Shown here: positions 9,328 through 19,499 of the stretch, one piece after another | Position numbering within the stretch: the first letter of the stretch is position 1 | Layout: the number at the start of each line of letters is the position of its first letter | Origin: Trueperaceae bacterium | Lineage (GTDB): Bacteria > Deinococcota > Deinococci > Deinococcales > Trueperaceae | Direction of reading: 5' to 3' | Length of the DNA: 64,000 bases | Assembly: GCA_034520945.1 (NCBI GenBank) | Contig: JAXHNB010000009.1 | Location: forward strand, 162,173-226,172 | Program-made: the position numbers and the translations under genes | The notes under the pieces: generated by a model | Database searches by the model: none | The model's input: only the letters and a program-made list of their open reading frames with translations | Told to the model about the DNA's origin: nothing

Positions 9328-10665
9328 TGTCACGTGGGCGCATTGACTCAAATAGAATCGTACCGAAGGGGTCTTGGATGACTCATAAGTAATTCCGACC
9401 GTGGAGGTTGTGTCGTGAAAAAAAACGGGTGGGTTGTCCGTGACCAGCAGACGTGAGTACGTGAAGACCATGCGGAAGCGGTATGGGGCGGCGGTCGGCC
9501 GCAGGGAGCGCAGCGACCTGCTCGACGAGCTGGTGAACGTGGCGGGCTACACCCGGAAGCACGCGATCAGCCTGATGAACCAGCGCGAGCCGAGGAAGGC
9601 CACGAGTCGGGGAAGCGGACGGGTCGGCCGCGCGCGTACCGGCACTGCCTGGCGGCCGTGGAGGTCCTCTGGGAGACGCTGGACTACTGCTGCGCACAAC
9701 GCTTGCACCCGCAGCTCGTGCCGCTCGCTGAGACCCTCGCGCGGCACGGCGAGCTCGAACTGCCGCGCGAGGTGCGCGAGGAACTCGCCCTGATCAGCCG
9801 CGCGACGCTGGCGCGCCGGTTGCGGGAGTTGCCTCGCCGGAAGCCGAAACCGCTGCTGTCCGGGCAGCACCCGAGTCGGCTTTTGAAGTCGCAGGTGCCG
9901 GTCGATCGCTACCGCTGGAACGAACACCGGCCCGGCGCGCTCGAGGTGGACCTGGTGGAGCACAGCGGGGGTCGTGCGGGCGGTCACCACGCCTACACGC
10001 TGTCCGTCGTCGATGTCGTCAGCGCCTGGAGTCACCGCCGCGCGGTGATGGGCAAGAGCCAAGCCGCCGTGCAGGAGGCCCTCACGGCCGTCCTGAGGGC
10101 CTGGCCGACGCGCGTGTGGGCGTTGCACAGCGACAACGGCAGCGAGTTCCTCAGTGCTCACCTGATCCGTCACTGCGAGGCGACAGGCATCGCGTACCAC
10201 CGCAGCCGGCCCTACCGGAAGAACGACAACGCGCACGTGGAACAGAAGAACCGGCAACTCGTCCGCGAGATCGTCGGGTACGAACGGATCGACACGCCCA
10301 CAGGCTTGCAGTGGCTGAACCGCATCTACGACGTGCTCGACCCCTACGCCAACCTGTTCCTCCCCAGCCTCAAGGTCACCGAGAAAACCCGGCAGGGAAG
10401 CAAGGTCACCAAGCGCTACGACACCGCCCGCACGCCCCTGCAAAGGCTCCAAGAGAAGGACGCCCTCCTGCCGCACGCAACCGCGGAGCTCGCCCAGCAG
10501 CAACGAGAAACCAACCCCCTCCACCTCCGCCGCACCCTGGACAATCTCCAAGGCGAAGACCCCAACCACATGCCCCTCGCCGAAGCCGCCGACTGACCCC
10601 CCAGGGTACGAACCACATCTGAGTCACCCACCCCGCCCCCGGTACGATCTACTTCTGAGTTGACA
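9328..10665 (+). mobile_element. Insertion sequence with rve/DDE transposase (ISNCY/IS1202-like; family tentative); left end at 9328 or 9341
   Basis: Subterminal repeats GACTCAAATAGAATCGTACC and GACTCATAAGTAATTCCGACC (left) are inverted relative to GGTACGAACCACATCTGAGTC and GGTACGATCTACTTCTGAGTTGACA (right). No clear target duplication. Confidence 0.75.
9415..10596 (+). pseudogene. Integrase-core (rve) transposase, frameshifted
   Basis: N-terminal HTH ORF (9434-) and catalytic ORF (EVDLVEH, HSDNGSEF, RSRPYRKNDNAHVEQKN) lie in different frames. Shifts map to an A8 run (9418-9425) and a G run (~9609-9612). Confidence 0.8.
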
Positions 10666-10743
10666 CGGTGGGGCCGTACATGAGCCCGCGTCCCCTCGGC
10701 ACGCGCCGAGGCGCGGACCACGCCCACCCCATCAGGAGCCCCC

Positions 10744-12564
10744 ATGCACGACACCACCCCGCCCGCCCGCAGCGACGTGCCCACCTCCGAACGCTGGAAC
10801 GACGCCGCCCTGTTCGCCGAACCCGCCGATTGGGACGCGGCCGCCGACGCGCTGGAAGCACGCCTGGACGAGTTGCGCGCGTTCCAGGGCACCTTGGGCC
10901 GCGGGCCCGACCGGCTGGCCGACTGGCTGGCGCTGCTCGAAACCCTCGACGCCGAGCTGGGCCGCCTACGGGTGTATGCCACCATGGCGTCGAACGTCGA
11001 CGCGTACGACGAGGAGGCGCGGGCCCGCGCCGAACGGGTCAAGGCGTTGGACGCCGAGCTGCGCGAAGCGAGCGCCTTCGCAGAGCCGGAACTGGTGGCG
11101 TTGGGCCTCGACCGGGTGCGCGGCTGGATCCAAGCCGACCCTCGCCTGCAGGACCGCGAGCGGTGGTTGCAACGCCTGGAGCGAGACGCGCCCTACCTGC
11201 GCAGCCCCGAGATCGAGGCCCTGCTGGGCGCACTGCGTGCACCGTTCTCGGGCGCGCCCACCAGTCACGGCCTCCTGGCCAACGCCGAACTGGACGTCCC
11301 GCCCGCCCGGGACGCGGAGGGACGGACGCACGAGGTCACGCAGTCCACGGTCGACGCGTTGAAGGCAAGCCAGGACCGTGCGCTCCGCCGGGACGCCTGG
11401 TCGAACTACGCCGACGCACACCTGGCCCGCAAACGCACCATGGCCAGCCTGCTGGTCACCGGCGCACGGCAGAACAACCTGCTGGCGCGCACCCGCGGCC
11501 ACGGCGACGCCCTCGACCACGCCCTCACCCCGCTGGAGGTGCCGCGCAGCGTGGTCGACGCGCTTCTGGACACCTTTCAGCGCCAGCTGCCGGTCTGGCA
11601 TCGCTACTTCGACGTCAAGCGCCGGCACCTCGGCCTGGAGACGTTGCGGCCGTGGGACATCGATGCGCCCGCGACGCCCGCGACACCGCACGTGCCCTAT
11701 GAGACTGGCGTGGCGTGGATCGCCGAGGCGCTGGCGCCGCTGGGCCCGGCGTACGTGCAGGCGTTGCGCCGCGGGGCGCTGGAGGAGCGCTGGGTGGACC
11801 GCGCCCCGAACGCCGGCAAGCGCATGGGCGCGTTCAGCACGGGTTGGGCGGGCACGCCGCCCTACGTGATGATGAGCTACACCCATGATCTGCACTCGAC
11901 CAGCACCCTGGCGCACGAACTGGGTCACGCCATGCACTCCTACCTGTCCTGGCGGGCGCAACCCTACCCGTACGCCCGCTACACGCTGTTCGCGGCCGAG
12001 GTGGCCAGCAATTTCATGCAGGCGATGCTGCGGGACCACCTGTTCCGTGCGCACGCCGGCGACCGTGACTTCGAGCTGGCGTTGATCGACGAGACCATGG
12101 CCAACTTCGGGCGGTACTTCCTGATCATGCCGACGCTGATGCGGTTCGAGCTCGAGCTGCACCGGCGCGCCGCCCGCGAGGAGGGGACGTCGGCCGACGA
12201 CCTCTCCAACCTGTTAGCCGACCTGTTCGCAGCGGCCTACGGCCCGTCCGTGGACATGGACCGCGAGCGGGTCGGGATCACCTGGGCGCAGTTCCACACC
12301 CACCTGTACGCCCGCTTCTACGTGTTCCAGTACGCGACCGGCATCGCGGGTGCGCACGCCTTCGCGCGCCGCATCCTGGACGGCGAAGCGGGCGCGGCGG
12401 AGGCCTACCTGGACTTCCTGAAGGAGGGCGGACGCAGCGACCCGCTGACGGCGATGCGCCGCGCCGGTGTCGACCTGGCGTCGCCCGAGCCGGTCGAGGC
12501 GGCGTTCGGGGTTCTGGAACGCCACGTGGACAGGTTCGAGGCGCTGGTGGACCAGGAGGGCTAG
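10744..12564 (+). CDS. pepF: Oligoendopeptidase F (M3B)
   Basis: GKRMGAFS, TLAHELGHAMHS, AEVAS, HLYARFYVFQYATG. Confidence 0.93.
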   Translation: MHDTTPPARSDVPTSERWNDAALFAEPADWDAAADALEARLDELRAFQGTLGRGPDRLADWLALLETLDAELGRLRVYATMASNVDAYDEEARARAERVKALDAELREASAFAEPELVALGLDRVRGWIQADPRLQDRERWLQRLERDAPYLRSPEIEALLGALRAPFSGAPTSHGLLANAELDVPPARDAEGRTHEVTQSTVDALKASQDRALRRDAWSNYADAHLARKRTMASLLVTGARQNNLLARTRGHGDALDHALTPLEVPRSVVDALLDTFQRQLPVWHRYFDVKRRHLGLETLRPWDIDAPATPATPHVPYETGVAWIAEALAPLGPAYVQALRRGALEERWVDRAPNAGKRMGAFSTGWAGTPPYVMMSYTHDLHSTSTLAHELGHAMHSYLSWRAQPYPYARYTLFAAEVASNFMQAMLRDHLFRAHAGDRDFELALIDETMANFGRYFLIMPTLMRFELELHRRAAREEGTSADDLSNLLADLFAAAYGPSVDMDRERVGITWAQFHTHLYARFYVFQYATGIAGAHAFARRILDGEAGAAEAYLDFLKEGGRSDPLTAMRRAGVDLASPEPVEAAFGVLERHVDRFEALVDQEG

Positions 12565-12660
12565 TTCGCCCGAAACCCGGGCACCGGCCCGCTCACCGGC
12601 CGGTACGACCGGGTCGAAACGCCATGGACAGCCTGGCCCGCGGCGGCGTAGGCTACCGGC

Positions 12661-13410
12661 ATGGCCGATCTGCCCCCGGTGCTGATCGTCTTCCTGTACG
12701 CGCTCCTGACCGCGGTGGCGACCGGCCTCGGGGCGCTGCCCCTGCTGGCGCTCCGCAAGGTGCCTCCCCACTGGTTGGGGCTGGCCAACGGCGCGGCGGC
12801 GGGATTGATGCTGGCCGCGAGCTTCCAGCTGGTTCGCGAGGGGCTCGGCATCTCCATGCCCCGCACGGCGGTCGGCATGCTGCTCGGCCTGTTCGCGATC
12901 GTGGTCAGCCAGCGCCTCCTGACGCGCCGCGAGGGCGAGATGAGCGTGGCGGAGCTGGACGGCGCCCCCGCCCGCAAGGCGCTGCTGATCCTGGGCGTGA
13001 TGACGGCGCACTCGTTCGCGGAGGGGATCGGCGTCGGTGTCTCGTTCGGCACCACGGTGTCGTTCGGCGTGTTCATCAGCCTGGCGATCGCGGTGCACAA
13101 CGTCCCCGAAGGCCTCGCGATCAGCCTCACCATGGTGCCGCGCGGCGTACCGGTGTGGCGCGCGGCGTGGTGGAGCATCTTCTCCAGCCTGCCCCAGCCT
13201 CTGATGGCGGTGCCGGCGTTCCTGTTCGTGCAGACGTTCGAGCCGGTGCTGCCCGTTGGCCTGGGCCTGGCGGCCGGCGCCATGATCTGGATGGCGCAGT
13301 CCGAGCTGGTGCCCGATGCGATCGAGGTCGCCCCCAAGGAGCAGGTCGCGACCGCGCTCACGCTGGCGGGCATCGCGATGGTCGTGTTCCAGGTTCTGAT
13401 CGGCGGCTGA
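12661..13410 (+). CDS. ZIP-family metal transporter
   Basis: HSFAEGIGVG and HNVPEGLA motifs; hydrophobic. Confidence 0.92.
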   Translation: MADLPPVLIVFLYALLTAVATGLGALPLLALRKVPPHWLGLANGAAAGLMLAASFQLVREGLGISMPRTAVGMLLGLFAIVVSQRLLTRREGEMSVAELDGAPARKALLILGVMTAHSFAEGIGVGVSFGTTVSFGVFISLAIAVHNVPEGLAISLTMVPRGVPVWRAAWWSIFSSLPQPLMAVPAFLFVQTFEPVLPVGLGLAAGAMIWMAQSELVPDAIEVAPKEQVATALTLAGIAMVVFQVLIGG

Positions 13411-13449
13411 GGGGCGCGCGCCCCGCGCCGCGGCGTGGTATTCCGAGGC

Positions 13450-14511
13450 ATGTTCTGGCGTACGCATCCGTTGCACGTTCGCGCCGTCGTCGCCGCGGGT
13501 CTTCTCCTGGCGGTATCGGGGCTCACCTTCGCCGGCGGTGCCTGGTACCTGGCGCGCCCCGAGGTGCCGGGCGGCGCGATGTTGGCACTGCACGTCGACC
13601 CGGCGACGCAGGAGGCGCGTGGCGCGTGGCGCGACGCGCCCCACCGCCCCGGGGACACGGCGGGCCTCGACCTGGTGCTGATCGGTCGCGCGGAGGAGGA
13701 CGGCGAGCATCTGGCGGTTCGGCTGGACGCGTTCGCAGCCGAGGGCGTCACGGCCGCGGATCCGCGGGACGCGTCGGGCGACCCCGTCGGCACGGTCGTG
13801 GTTCGGGCCGACCGGCGACACGGCGCAACGGACCTGGACCCGTTCGGCGCGGCGGAGGCGTCGTTCCGCCCCGCGGGCGAGTGCGCGCCCCGCACGCTGT
13901 CGCTGTCGGCCGTCGCCACCCGGTACGATTTCGCGGCCCGCCTGACGGACGGCTCGTTCGAGGTCACGCGCGAGGTGCCGTTCTTCTACGCCGAGCCGTG
14001 GGGCACCCTCTCGCTTCGTGCCCGGGCGTCGCCCGATCCAGGCCCGAGCGTGACCGACGGCCTGACGGAGCGGGCGGGACGGCCCATGGGTGTCGCCGCT
14101 CAGTGGTTCGACGAGGCCGTGACCGAGATCACGGCCTTGACCCGGACCCTCGTCAGCACCCGCACCACCGTGCACGCCTACGCCGGCGGGGCGCACCCGA
14201 ACACCTGGTTCACCTTCGCGACGTTCGTACGAGACGGCGAGGCGTGGCGCGACGTCGGCCTGTGCGAGGCGCTCGCGCACCTGGATCGTGCCTGCCCCGA
14301 GACGGCGCTGCGCCGGTCCGTGCACCAGGCGCTGCTGGCGCAGAAGGCGGCATGGGTGGTGCAGGGCGAGGTGACGGCCGACACCCCGTGGCTGCTGGAG
14401 CCGTTCACGCTGACGCCGTCCGGCGTGCGGTTCGACTACGCACCCTACGAGGTGGGGCCGTACGTGGATGGGCCGTTCTCGGTGACCGTGCCCTATTCCG
14501 CGCCTCGCTGA
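13450..14511 (+). CDS. Exported protein with C-terminal RsiV/DUF3298-like domain
   Basis: N-terminal TM/signal; YAGGAHPNT and FTLTPSGVRFDYAPYEVGPY..G.FSVTVPY. Confidence 0.7.
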   Translation: MFWRTHPLHVRAVVAAGLLLAVSGLTFAGGAWYLARPEVPGGAMLALHVDPATQEARGAWRDAPHRPGDTAGLDLVLIGRAEEDGEHLAVRLDAFAAEGVTAADPRDASGDPVGTVVVRADRRHGATDLDPFGAAEASFRPAGECAPRTLSLSAVATRYDFAARLTDGSFEVTREVPFFYAEPWGTLSLRARASPDPGPSVTDGLTERAGRPMGVAAQWFDEAVTEITALTRTLVSTRTTVHAYAGGAHPNTWFTFATFVRDGEAWRDVGLCEALAHLDRACPETALRRSVHQALLAQKAAWVVQGEVTADTPWLLEPFTLTPSGVRFDYAPYEVGPYVDGPFSVTVPYSAPR

Positions 14512-14567
14512 CGCGCGTCGGGCGTCGCACGGCGTCGGCCCCCAGGCGCCGGGCGCGGCGTGGTTCG

Positions 14568-15623
14568 TCAGGGTTCGGGCGGGTCCTCGCGCGGGCCGTG
14601 GCTGGGCACGGGCGCCGGCGTGGCGCGCCACGGCCGGTAGCGAACGCCGTCGGTGACCGCGTCGCCGCCGCCAGGCCCGACGCCGCCCGGGCCGTCTTCG
14701 GCGCCCCACCAGTTGTGGCGCGCGTCGACCTCCGTGCCTGCGCCGTCGACGCCGAACGTCGCGTTGTCGGTGACGGCGTTGCCGTGCATGCGCACATTGC
14801 GCTCACCCGCGAACACGCCGACGTCGTTGCGGCGGATCTCATTGGCGAGAAGGCGCACGTCGCGCACGCCCAGGCTGACGCCGACCCCCCAATCCACGTT
14901 GTCGATCAGGGCATTGCCGATCACCATGCACCCCAGGGACACGTTGCCCATCAGGATCCCGATGCCGGGGTAGCGATCATTGTCGAGGTGGGGCACGCGG
15001 CCGCCGTGGTTGTGGCGGAACACGTTGCGCTGAATGGTGATGTCGACCGAGTTTCCTTGGTAGATCCCTACGGCGCTGGTGCTGCCCTCGCACCGTTCCA
15101 CGATGCAGTCCTGGGACGCCCACAGGTAGTAGCCGGAGGAGTCGTGCTCGCACGACATGCAGTCGCGGATCCGCACGTTTCTCGACGCGGAGATCCACAC
15201 ACCTTCCAGCGCGTCTCGGAGCGTGAAGCCCACGATGTTCACGTCCCGCGTGTCGCGCACATTGAGGGCACCCACAACGTAGCGTTCCCGGGGCAGCCCG
15301 GACCAGCGGAAAACGCCCCGGTCGGCCGACAGCACCGTACGGCCGTAGCCGGCACCCAGCAGCGTCAGCGGCTTCTCGATCACGACCGTCTCGGTGAACG
15401 TGCCGGCACCGACCCGAATCACCTCGCCGGGCTCGGCACGGTCGATCGCGGCCTGCAGCGACGCACCTTCGGGCACGTCGACGGCCGGGGCGGCCGCGTC
15501 ACGCGCCAAGCTCGTGGCGCCCAGTCCGGTCAGGCCCATGGCAATGGCGCCGCGCACACCGCGCGTAAGAAGGCGCCGGCGCGCGCGTCGCCAGGCGTCC
15601 AGGTCGCCCGTGCGCTCCGACAC
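14568..15623 (-). CDS. Tat-exported right-handed beta-helix (NosD/pectin-lyase-like) protein
   Basis: RRRLL Tat motif, SLQAAID, repeated N/I-rich PbH1-like units, DARHNWWG; GGAGG RBS before GTG 15623. Confidence 0.75.
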   Translation of the reverse strand: MSERTGDLDAWRRARRRLLTRGVRGAIAMGLTGLGATSLARDAAAPAVDVPEGASLQAAIDRAEPGEVIRVGAGTFTETVVIEKPLTLLGAGYGRTVLSADRGVFRWSGLPRERYVVGALNVRDTRDVNIVGFTLRDALEGVWISASRNVRIRDCMSCEHDSSGYYLWASQDCIVERCEGSTSAVGIYQGNSVDITIQRNVFRHNHGGRVPHLDNDRYPGIGILMGNVSLGCMVIGNALIDNVDWGVGVSLGVRDVRLLANEIRRNDVGVFAGERNVRMHGNAVTDNATFGVDGAGTEVDARHNWWGAEDGPGGVGPGGGDAVTDGVRYRPWRATPAPVPSHGPREDPPEP

Positions 15624-15733
15624 GCCCGAAGCCTCCCCCTCATGCACGAACGACTCGGGCGTGCGTACGGCACGCCCGAGTCGGCGGACGGAGCAGTGCG
15701 GGGCACCGCTCCGTTCACGATGGTGTCGTTGGC

Positions 15734-16765
15734 TCACATGCTGGCGCCGGCGCCACGGGCCTGATCCAGCCACTCGTCCACCTGGGCGCGGTTGTTCTCG
15801 ATCCACTCCTGGGCCATCGCCGCGACCTCATCATCGCTGCTTTCGCCCTCGCTGATGCGCGCCGTCATCTCGGAGATGTCGGCAAGCGGAATCTCGACGG
15901 CGTCGAGCAGCTCGTGCGCGGCCGGGTTGGCCTCCAGGAAGTCGCGGTTCGCGACGGTGCGGATGTCGTTGGCGACGTACCCGAACCGCAGCGTGTCGCT
16001 GACGGCGGTGTCGCCCATGCCCTCGGCGACCATGGCGTCCTCGAGGCCTTCCTGGCCTTCGGAGGGGATGATCTCGGGCACGTTGATCCAGCGCACGTCT
16101 TCGCCCGGCACCAGCTGGACGGTGGTGAAGTTCGGCGTCCAGGTGTAGTACAGCACCGGCTCGTCGTTGCGGTAGCGGGCCAGCGCGTCGGCGAAGGACG
16201 CGGCGTAGGACGCGGTGATCACGTTCACGTGATCATGCAGGTCGTAGGCGTCCATGTGGTGGCTGATGACCTGTTCGCAGCCCCAGCCGGGCGGGCAGCC
16301 GACCAGGTCGGCCTTGCCGTCGCCGTTGGCGTCGAACGCTTCCTTGACTTCCTCGCGCTTGAAGTCCTCGAGCGAGGTGATGTCGTACTCCTCGATGGAT
16401 GCGGCGTCCACCAGGTAGCCCTGCAGGGCGCCCCGCTCGACGATGGTGCCGACGACGGCGGCGTTTTCCTCGAAGTTCTCGGGCAGCTGGGCGTTGTGCA
16501 GGGGGAACCAGCCGTTGGCCCAGTAGTCCACGTCGCCCTGCGTCACGGACTGGTAGAAGATCGGGTTCGACACGGACTGGGCGTCCTGCACATCGTAGCC
16601 GAGCTCACCGAGGAGCTGGGCGAAGATGGCCTCGATCGGCAGGGCGGACTGCCAGGTCGCGATGCCCGGCTGGATGCTGACGCCCTCACCGGGCTGGTCC
16701 TGCGCGACCGCGCCGCCAAGGGCGAGGCCGAACGTAACGGTCAATGCGATTGCGAGTTTACGCAT
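15734..16765 (-). CDS. proX: Glycine betaine/proline betaine ABC transporter substrate-binding protein
   Basis: Signal peptide; GWFPLH, GCPPGWGC, YYTWTP aromatic-cage motifs; downstream of proVW. Confidence 0.92.
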   Translation of the reverse strand: MRKLAIALTVTFGLALGGAVAQDQPGEGVSIQPGIATWQSALPIEAIFAQLLGELGYDVQDAQSVSNPIFYQSVTQGDVDYWANGWFPLHNAQLPENFEENAAVVGTIVERGALQGYLVDAASIEEYDITSLEDFKREEVKEAFDANGDGKADLVGCPPGWGCEQVISHHMDAYDLHDHVNVITASYAASFADALARYRNDEPVLYYTWTPNFTTVQLVPGEDVRWINVPEIIPSEGQEGLEDAMVAEGMGDTAVSDTLRFGYVANDIRTVANRDFLEANPAAHELLDAVEIPLADISEMTARISEGESSDDEVAAMAQEWIENNRAQVDEWLDQARGAGASM

Positions 16766-17001
16766 CTATGCGTACCTCCTTCTATACATGAGACGTTTCG
16801 GAAAGACCGCTCTCATATGACCGCCTCGGAAGGCGGTGCGCACGGATCGACACGAGGATCGAACCTAGCGTCGGGCTGCGCGACGAGCATGCGGCTTCCA
16901 GAAGGTGAGCGTACCGTACGCACGCTTCCTACGTGCCCAATGCTAAAGGGTCGCGTGCCGCTCCAAGGTAGCCTGAGGTCTTGACAAGCATTTAGGAGGG
17001 G

Positions 17002-17025
17002 AAAGGGCGCCGGCACGCCGGCGCC
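17002..17025 (-). terminator. Hairpin between proW and proX (terminator-like)
   Basis: GGCGCCGGC-GT-GCCGGCGCC followed by CTTT on the minus strand. Confidence 0.4.
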
Positions 17026-17032
17026 GCCCCCG

Positions 17033-17878
17033 TCAAGACCGCTCGCCGAAGCCCTGGGTGATGCGGTCCAGAATGATCGCCAACAGCACGATGCCGAGGC
17101 CGCCGATCGCCGCCTGGCCGACGTTGAGCGAGTTCAGGCCGCGGAACACCGGCGTGCCCAGCCCGCCCGCACCGATCAGCGCCGCGATCACGACCATCGA
17201 CAGCGACAGCATGATCGTCTGGTTCAGGCCCGCCATGATGGTCGGCATGGCCAGGGGCATCTGGATCTTGAACAGGATCTCCCGCGGGCTGGAGCCGAAG
17301 GCGACACCTGCCTCCACCGCGTCCTCCTGCACCCCCCGGATGCCGAGGTTGGTGAGTCGGATGATGGGGGGCAGCGCAAAGATGATGGTGGCCAGCACGC
17401 CCGCGACCGTCCCGATCCCGAACAGCATCACCACGGGCACCAGGTACACGAAGGCCGGCGTGGTCTGCATCACGTCCAGAACGGGCCTCAGCCCCGACGC
17501 GAAGCGGTCGCTGCGCGCCGCGGCGATCCCCAACGGGATCCCCACGATGACGCAGAAGACCACCGCCGCCAACACCATGGCGAGCGTGGTCATGGTCAGG
17601 TCCCACATGCCGGTGAAGCCCACAACGGACAGCGCGACGAACGTGAACGCCGCGACCTTCCAGTCCACCGCCTTCCAAGCCAGCAGCACGATCAGGATCA
17701 CCATGATCGTCGGTGGGATGAACAGCAGGGTGATCTCGATGTTCTCCAATACCTGCTCGACCGGCCACTTGATCGCCTGGAAGAATCCTCGGGCGTTGGT
17801 GGACAGCCAATCGACGGCGGCTTGGATCCAGTTGTCCAGGGGGAGGCTGTAACTGTCGAACACGTTCAGGATGCTCAT
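17033..17878 (-). CDS. proW: Glycine betaine ABC transporter permease
   Basis: LDVMQTTPAFVYLVP, EAGVAFG (EAA loop), AGLNQTIMLSLSMVVIA. Confidence 0.94.
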   Translation of the reverse strand: MSILNVFDSYSLPLDNWIQAAVDWLSTNARGFFQAIKWPVEQVLENIEITLLFIPPTIMVILIVLLAWKAVDWKVAAFTFVALSVVGFTGMWDLTMTTLAMVLAAVVFCVIVGIPLGIAAARSDRFASGLRPVLDVMQTTPAFVYLVPVVMLFGIGTVAGVLATIIFALPPIIRLTNLGIRGVQEDAVEAGVAFGSSPREILFKIQMPLAMPTIMAGLNQTIMLSLSMVVIAALIGAGGLGTPVFRGLNSLNVGQAAIGGLGIVLLAIILDRITQGFGERS

Positions 17879-19125
17879 GCCGCGCCCTCCTGTACCTTCT
17901 CGTCCGAGGTCGATTCCTCGTTGGCCCGCTTGTACAGCAGGCCGTGGATCAATTCGTTCTCGCTGATCACGCCGAGCAGTTCACCGTCCTCGGCAACGAC
18001 GACCACCGGCAACACCGAGTAGGTGCGGCCCTGCAGCACGTCCCGCAACGTGTGATCCGGACGCGCCTGAAGCAAGACGTCCCCGTGGCGAATGTCGGGA
18101 AGCTCCTCGGCCAACGCCTCGTCCAGCGGCTTCGTGGGCAAGGCCTTGCCGTCCAAGCGCACCTCACGGAACTTATGGTCGCCGTCCACCCCGTACGCGA
18201 CGTTCCGGTAGCCCTCACGCGTGTAAAAGCGCACCTCGCCGTCCCGCTCGGACTCGCTGAAGCGCCGGCCCGGCACCGGCAACGCGATGGTGCGGGCCGT
18301 CATCACGCCGGTCGGATCGGCGTGCTTGACGAAGTCGGCGACGTACTCGGTGCGGGGATTGACGATGATGTCTTCGGGGGTGCCCAGCTGCACGATCTCG
18401 CCCGCCTCCATCAGCGCGATGCGCGTGCCGATCCGAAGCGCTTCGTCGAGATCGTGCGTGATGAACAGGATGGTGCGCCGCAGCTCGTTCTGGATCCGCA
18501 GCAGCTCGTTCTGCATCTCCACCTTGATCAGGGGGTCCAAGGCGCTGAACGGCTCGTCCATCAACATCACTTCCGCCTCGGTCGCCAGGGCACGGGCGAG
18601 GCCGACGCGCTGCTGCATCCCGCCCGACAGCTCGGAGGGGAACGCGTTGCCCCACCCACCGAGACCGACGATCTCGAGCACCTCTTCGGCCCGCTGGCGG
18701 CGTTTCTCGACGCCCACGCCCTGAATCTCGAGCCCGTAGGCGACGTTGTCGACCACGCGGCGGTGCGGCAACAGCCCGAAGCGCTGGAACACCATGCTCA
18801 TCCGCTCGCGGCGCAGGCGGCGCAGCTCGGCATCGGACACGCTGCTGACCTCGATCTCGCCCTCCTTCGTCCGGAGGTAGACCTCGCCGGCGGTCGGCTC
18901 GATCAGCCGGTTGATGCAACGCAACAGCGTGGACTTGCCGCTACCCGACAGGCCCATGATCACGAACACTTCGCCCTCGTCGAGCTCGAAACTGACGTCC
19001 CTCACCCCGACGATGAGGCCGGTGTCCGCCCGTATGTCCTCGCTGCTCACCCCTTGACGGATGAGCTCGAGCGCACGTTCGGGTTCATCCCCGAACGCCT
19101 TGACCAGATTCTCGACACGTATCAC
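17875..19125 (-). CDS. proV: Glycine betaine ABC transporter ATPase
   Basis: GLSGSGKS, LSGGMQQRVGLARAL, MDEPFSALDPLI; degenerate CBS-like C-terminus. Confidence 0.94.
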   Translation of the reverse strand: MIRVENLVKAFGDEPERALELIRQGVSSEDIRADTGLIVGVRDVSFELDEGEVFVIMGLSGSGKSTLLRCINRLIEPTAGEVYLRTKEGEIEVSSVSDAELRRLRRERMSMVFQRFGLLPHRRVVDNVAYGLEIQGVGVEKRRQRAEEVLEIVGLGGWGNAFPSELSGGMQQRVGLARALATEAEVMLMDEPFSALDPLIKVEMQNELLRIQNELRRTILFITHDLDEALRIGTRIALMEAGEIVQLGTPEDIIVNPRTEYVADFVKHADPTGVMTARTIALPVPGRRFSESERDGEVRFYTREGYRNVAYGVDGDHKFREVRLDGKALPTKPLDEALAEELPDIRHGDVLLQARPDHTLRDVLQGRTYSVLPVVVVAEDGELLGVISENELIHGLLYKRANEESTSDEKVQEGAA

Positions 19126-19499
19126 GTGCGCCTCCTATCACTGCGAAACGGCCGACCGAGGCGGGTCGCCAGCAGCGACCAAGTCGACCATGCGACGTCG
19201 GCCCCCCGCGAGGCCCACCATCGGCGCGGACGCGCCGACCCCCCCGATCTACCGTCCGTCGCACGAACGGTCGTGGAGGGGCGCTGCGCGTACACGCACG
19301 TATGCAGCACAGTGTACAGGTTCGCGCCCCTCCCGGTACGGCCTTTCACGGATCAAGGCGGCGTTCGGACCGTGTGCGACGGATCCGTCGGCGCCGCCCA
19401 TACGCCGCACGGCGGCGAATCGTTCGAAGGGGCCGAAGGCGACGTCGCGCAAGGCGCCGGCCCACCGACCGCCGGGGCACCGGGTAGGCTGGCGCGGTC

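Noticed and set aside
12214..15764. Very long ORFs (831 aa minus, 1046 aa plus) and the many similar Arg/Pro/Gly-rich ORFs across the window
   Set aside because: Shadow frames of real genes in high-GC DNA; low-complexity translations with no motifs
16766..17000. c-di-AMP (ydaO) or other riboswitch in the proX leader
   Set aside because: Hairpins are present but I could not find ydaO consensus segments; an Rfam scan would settle it
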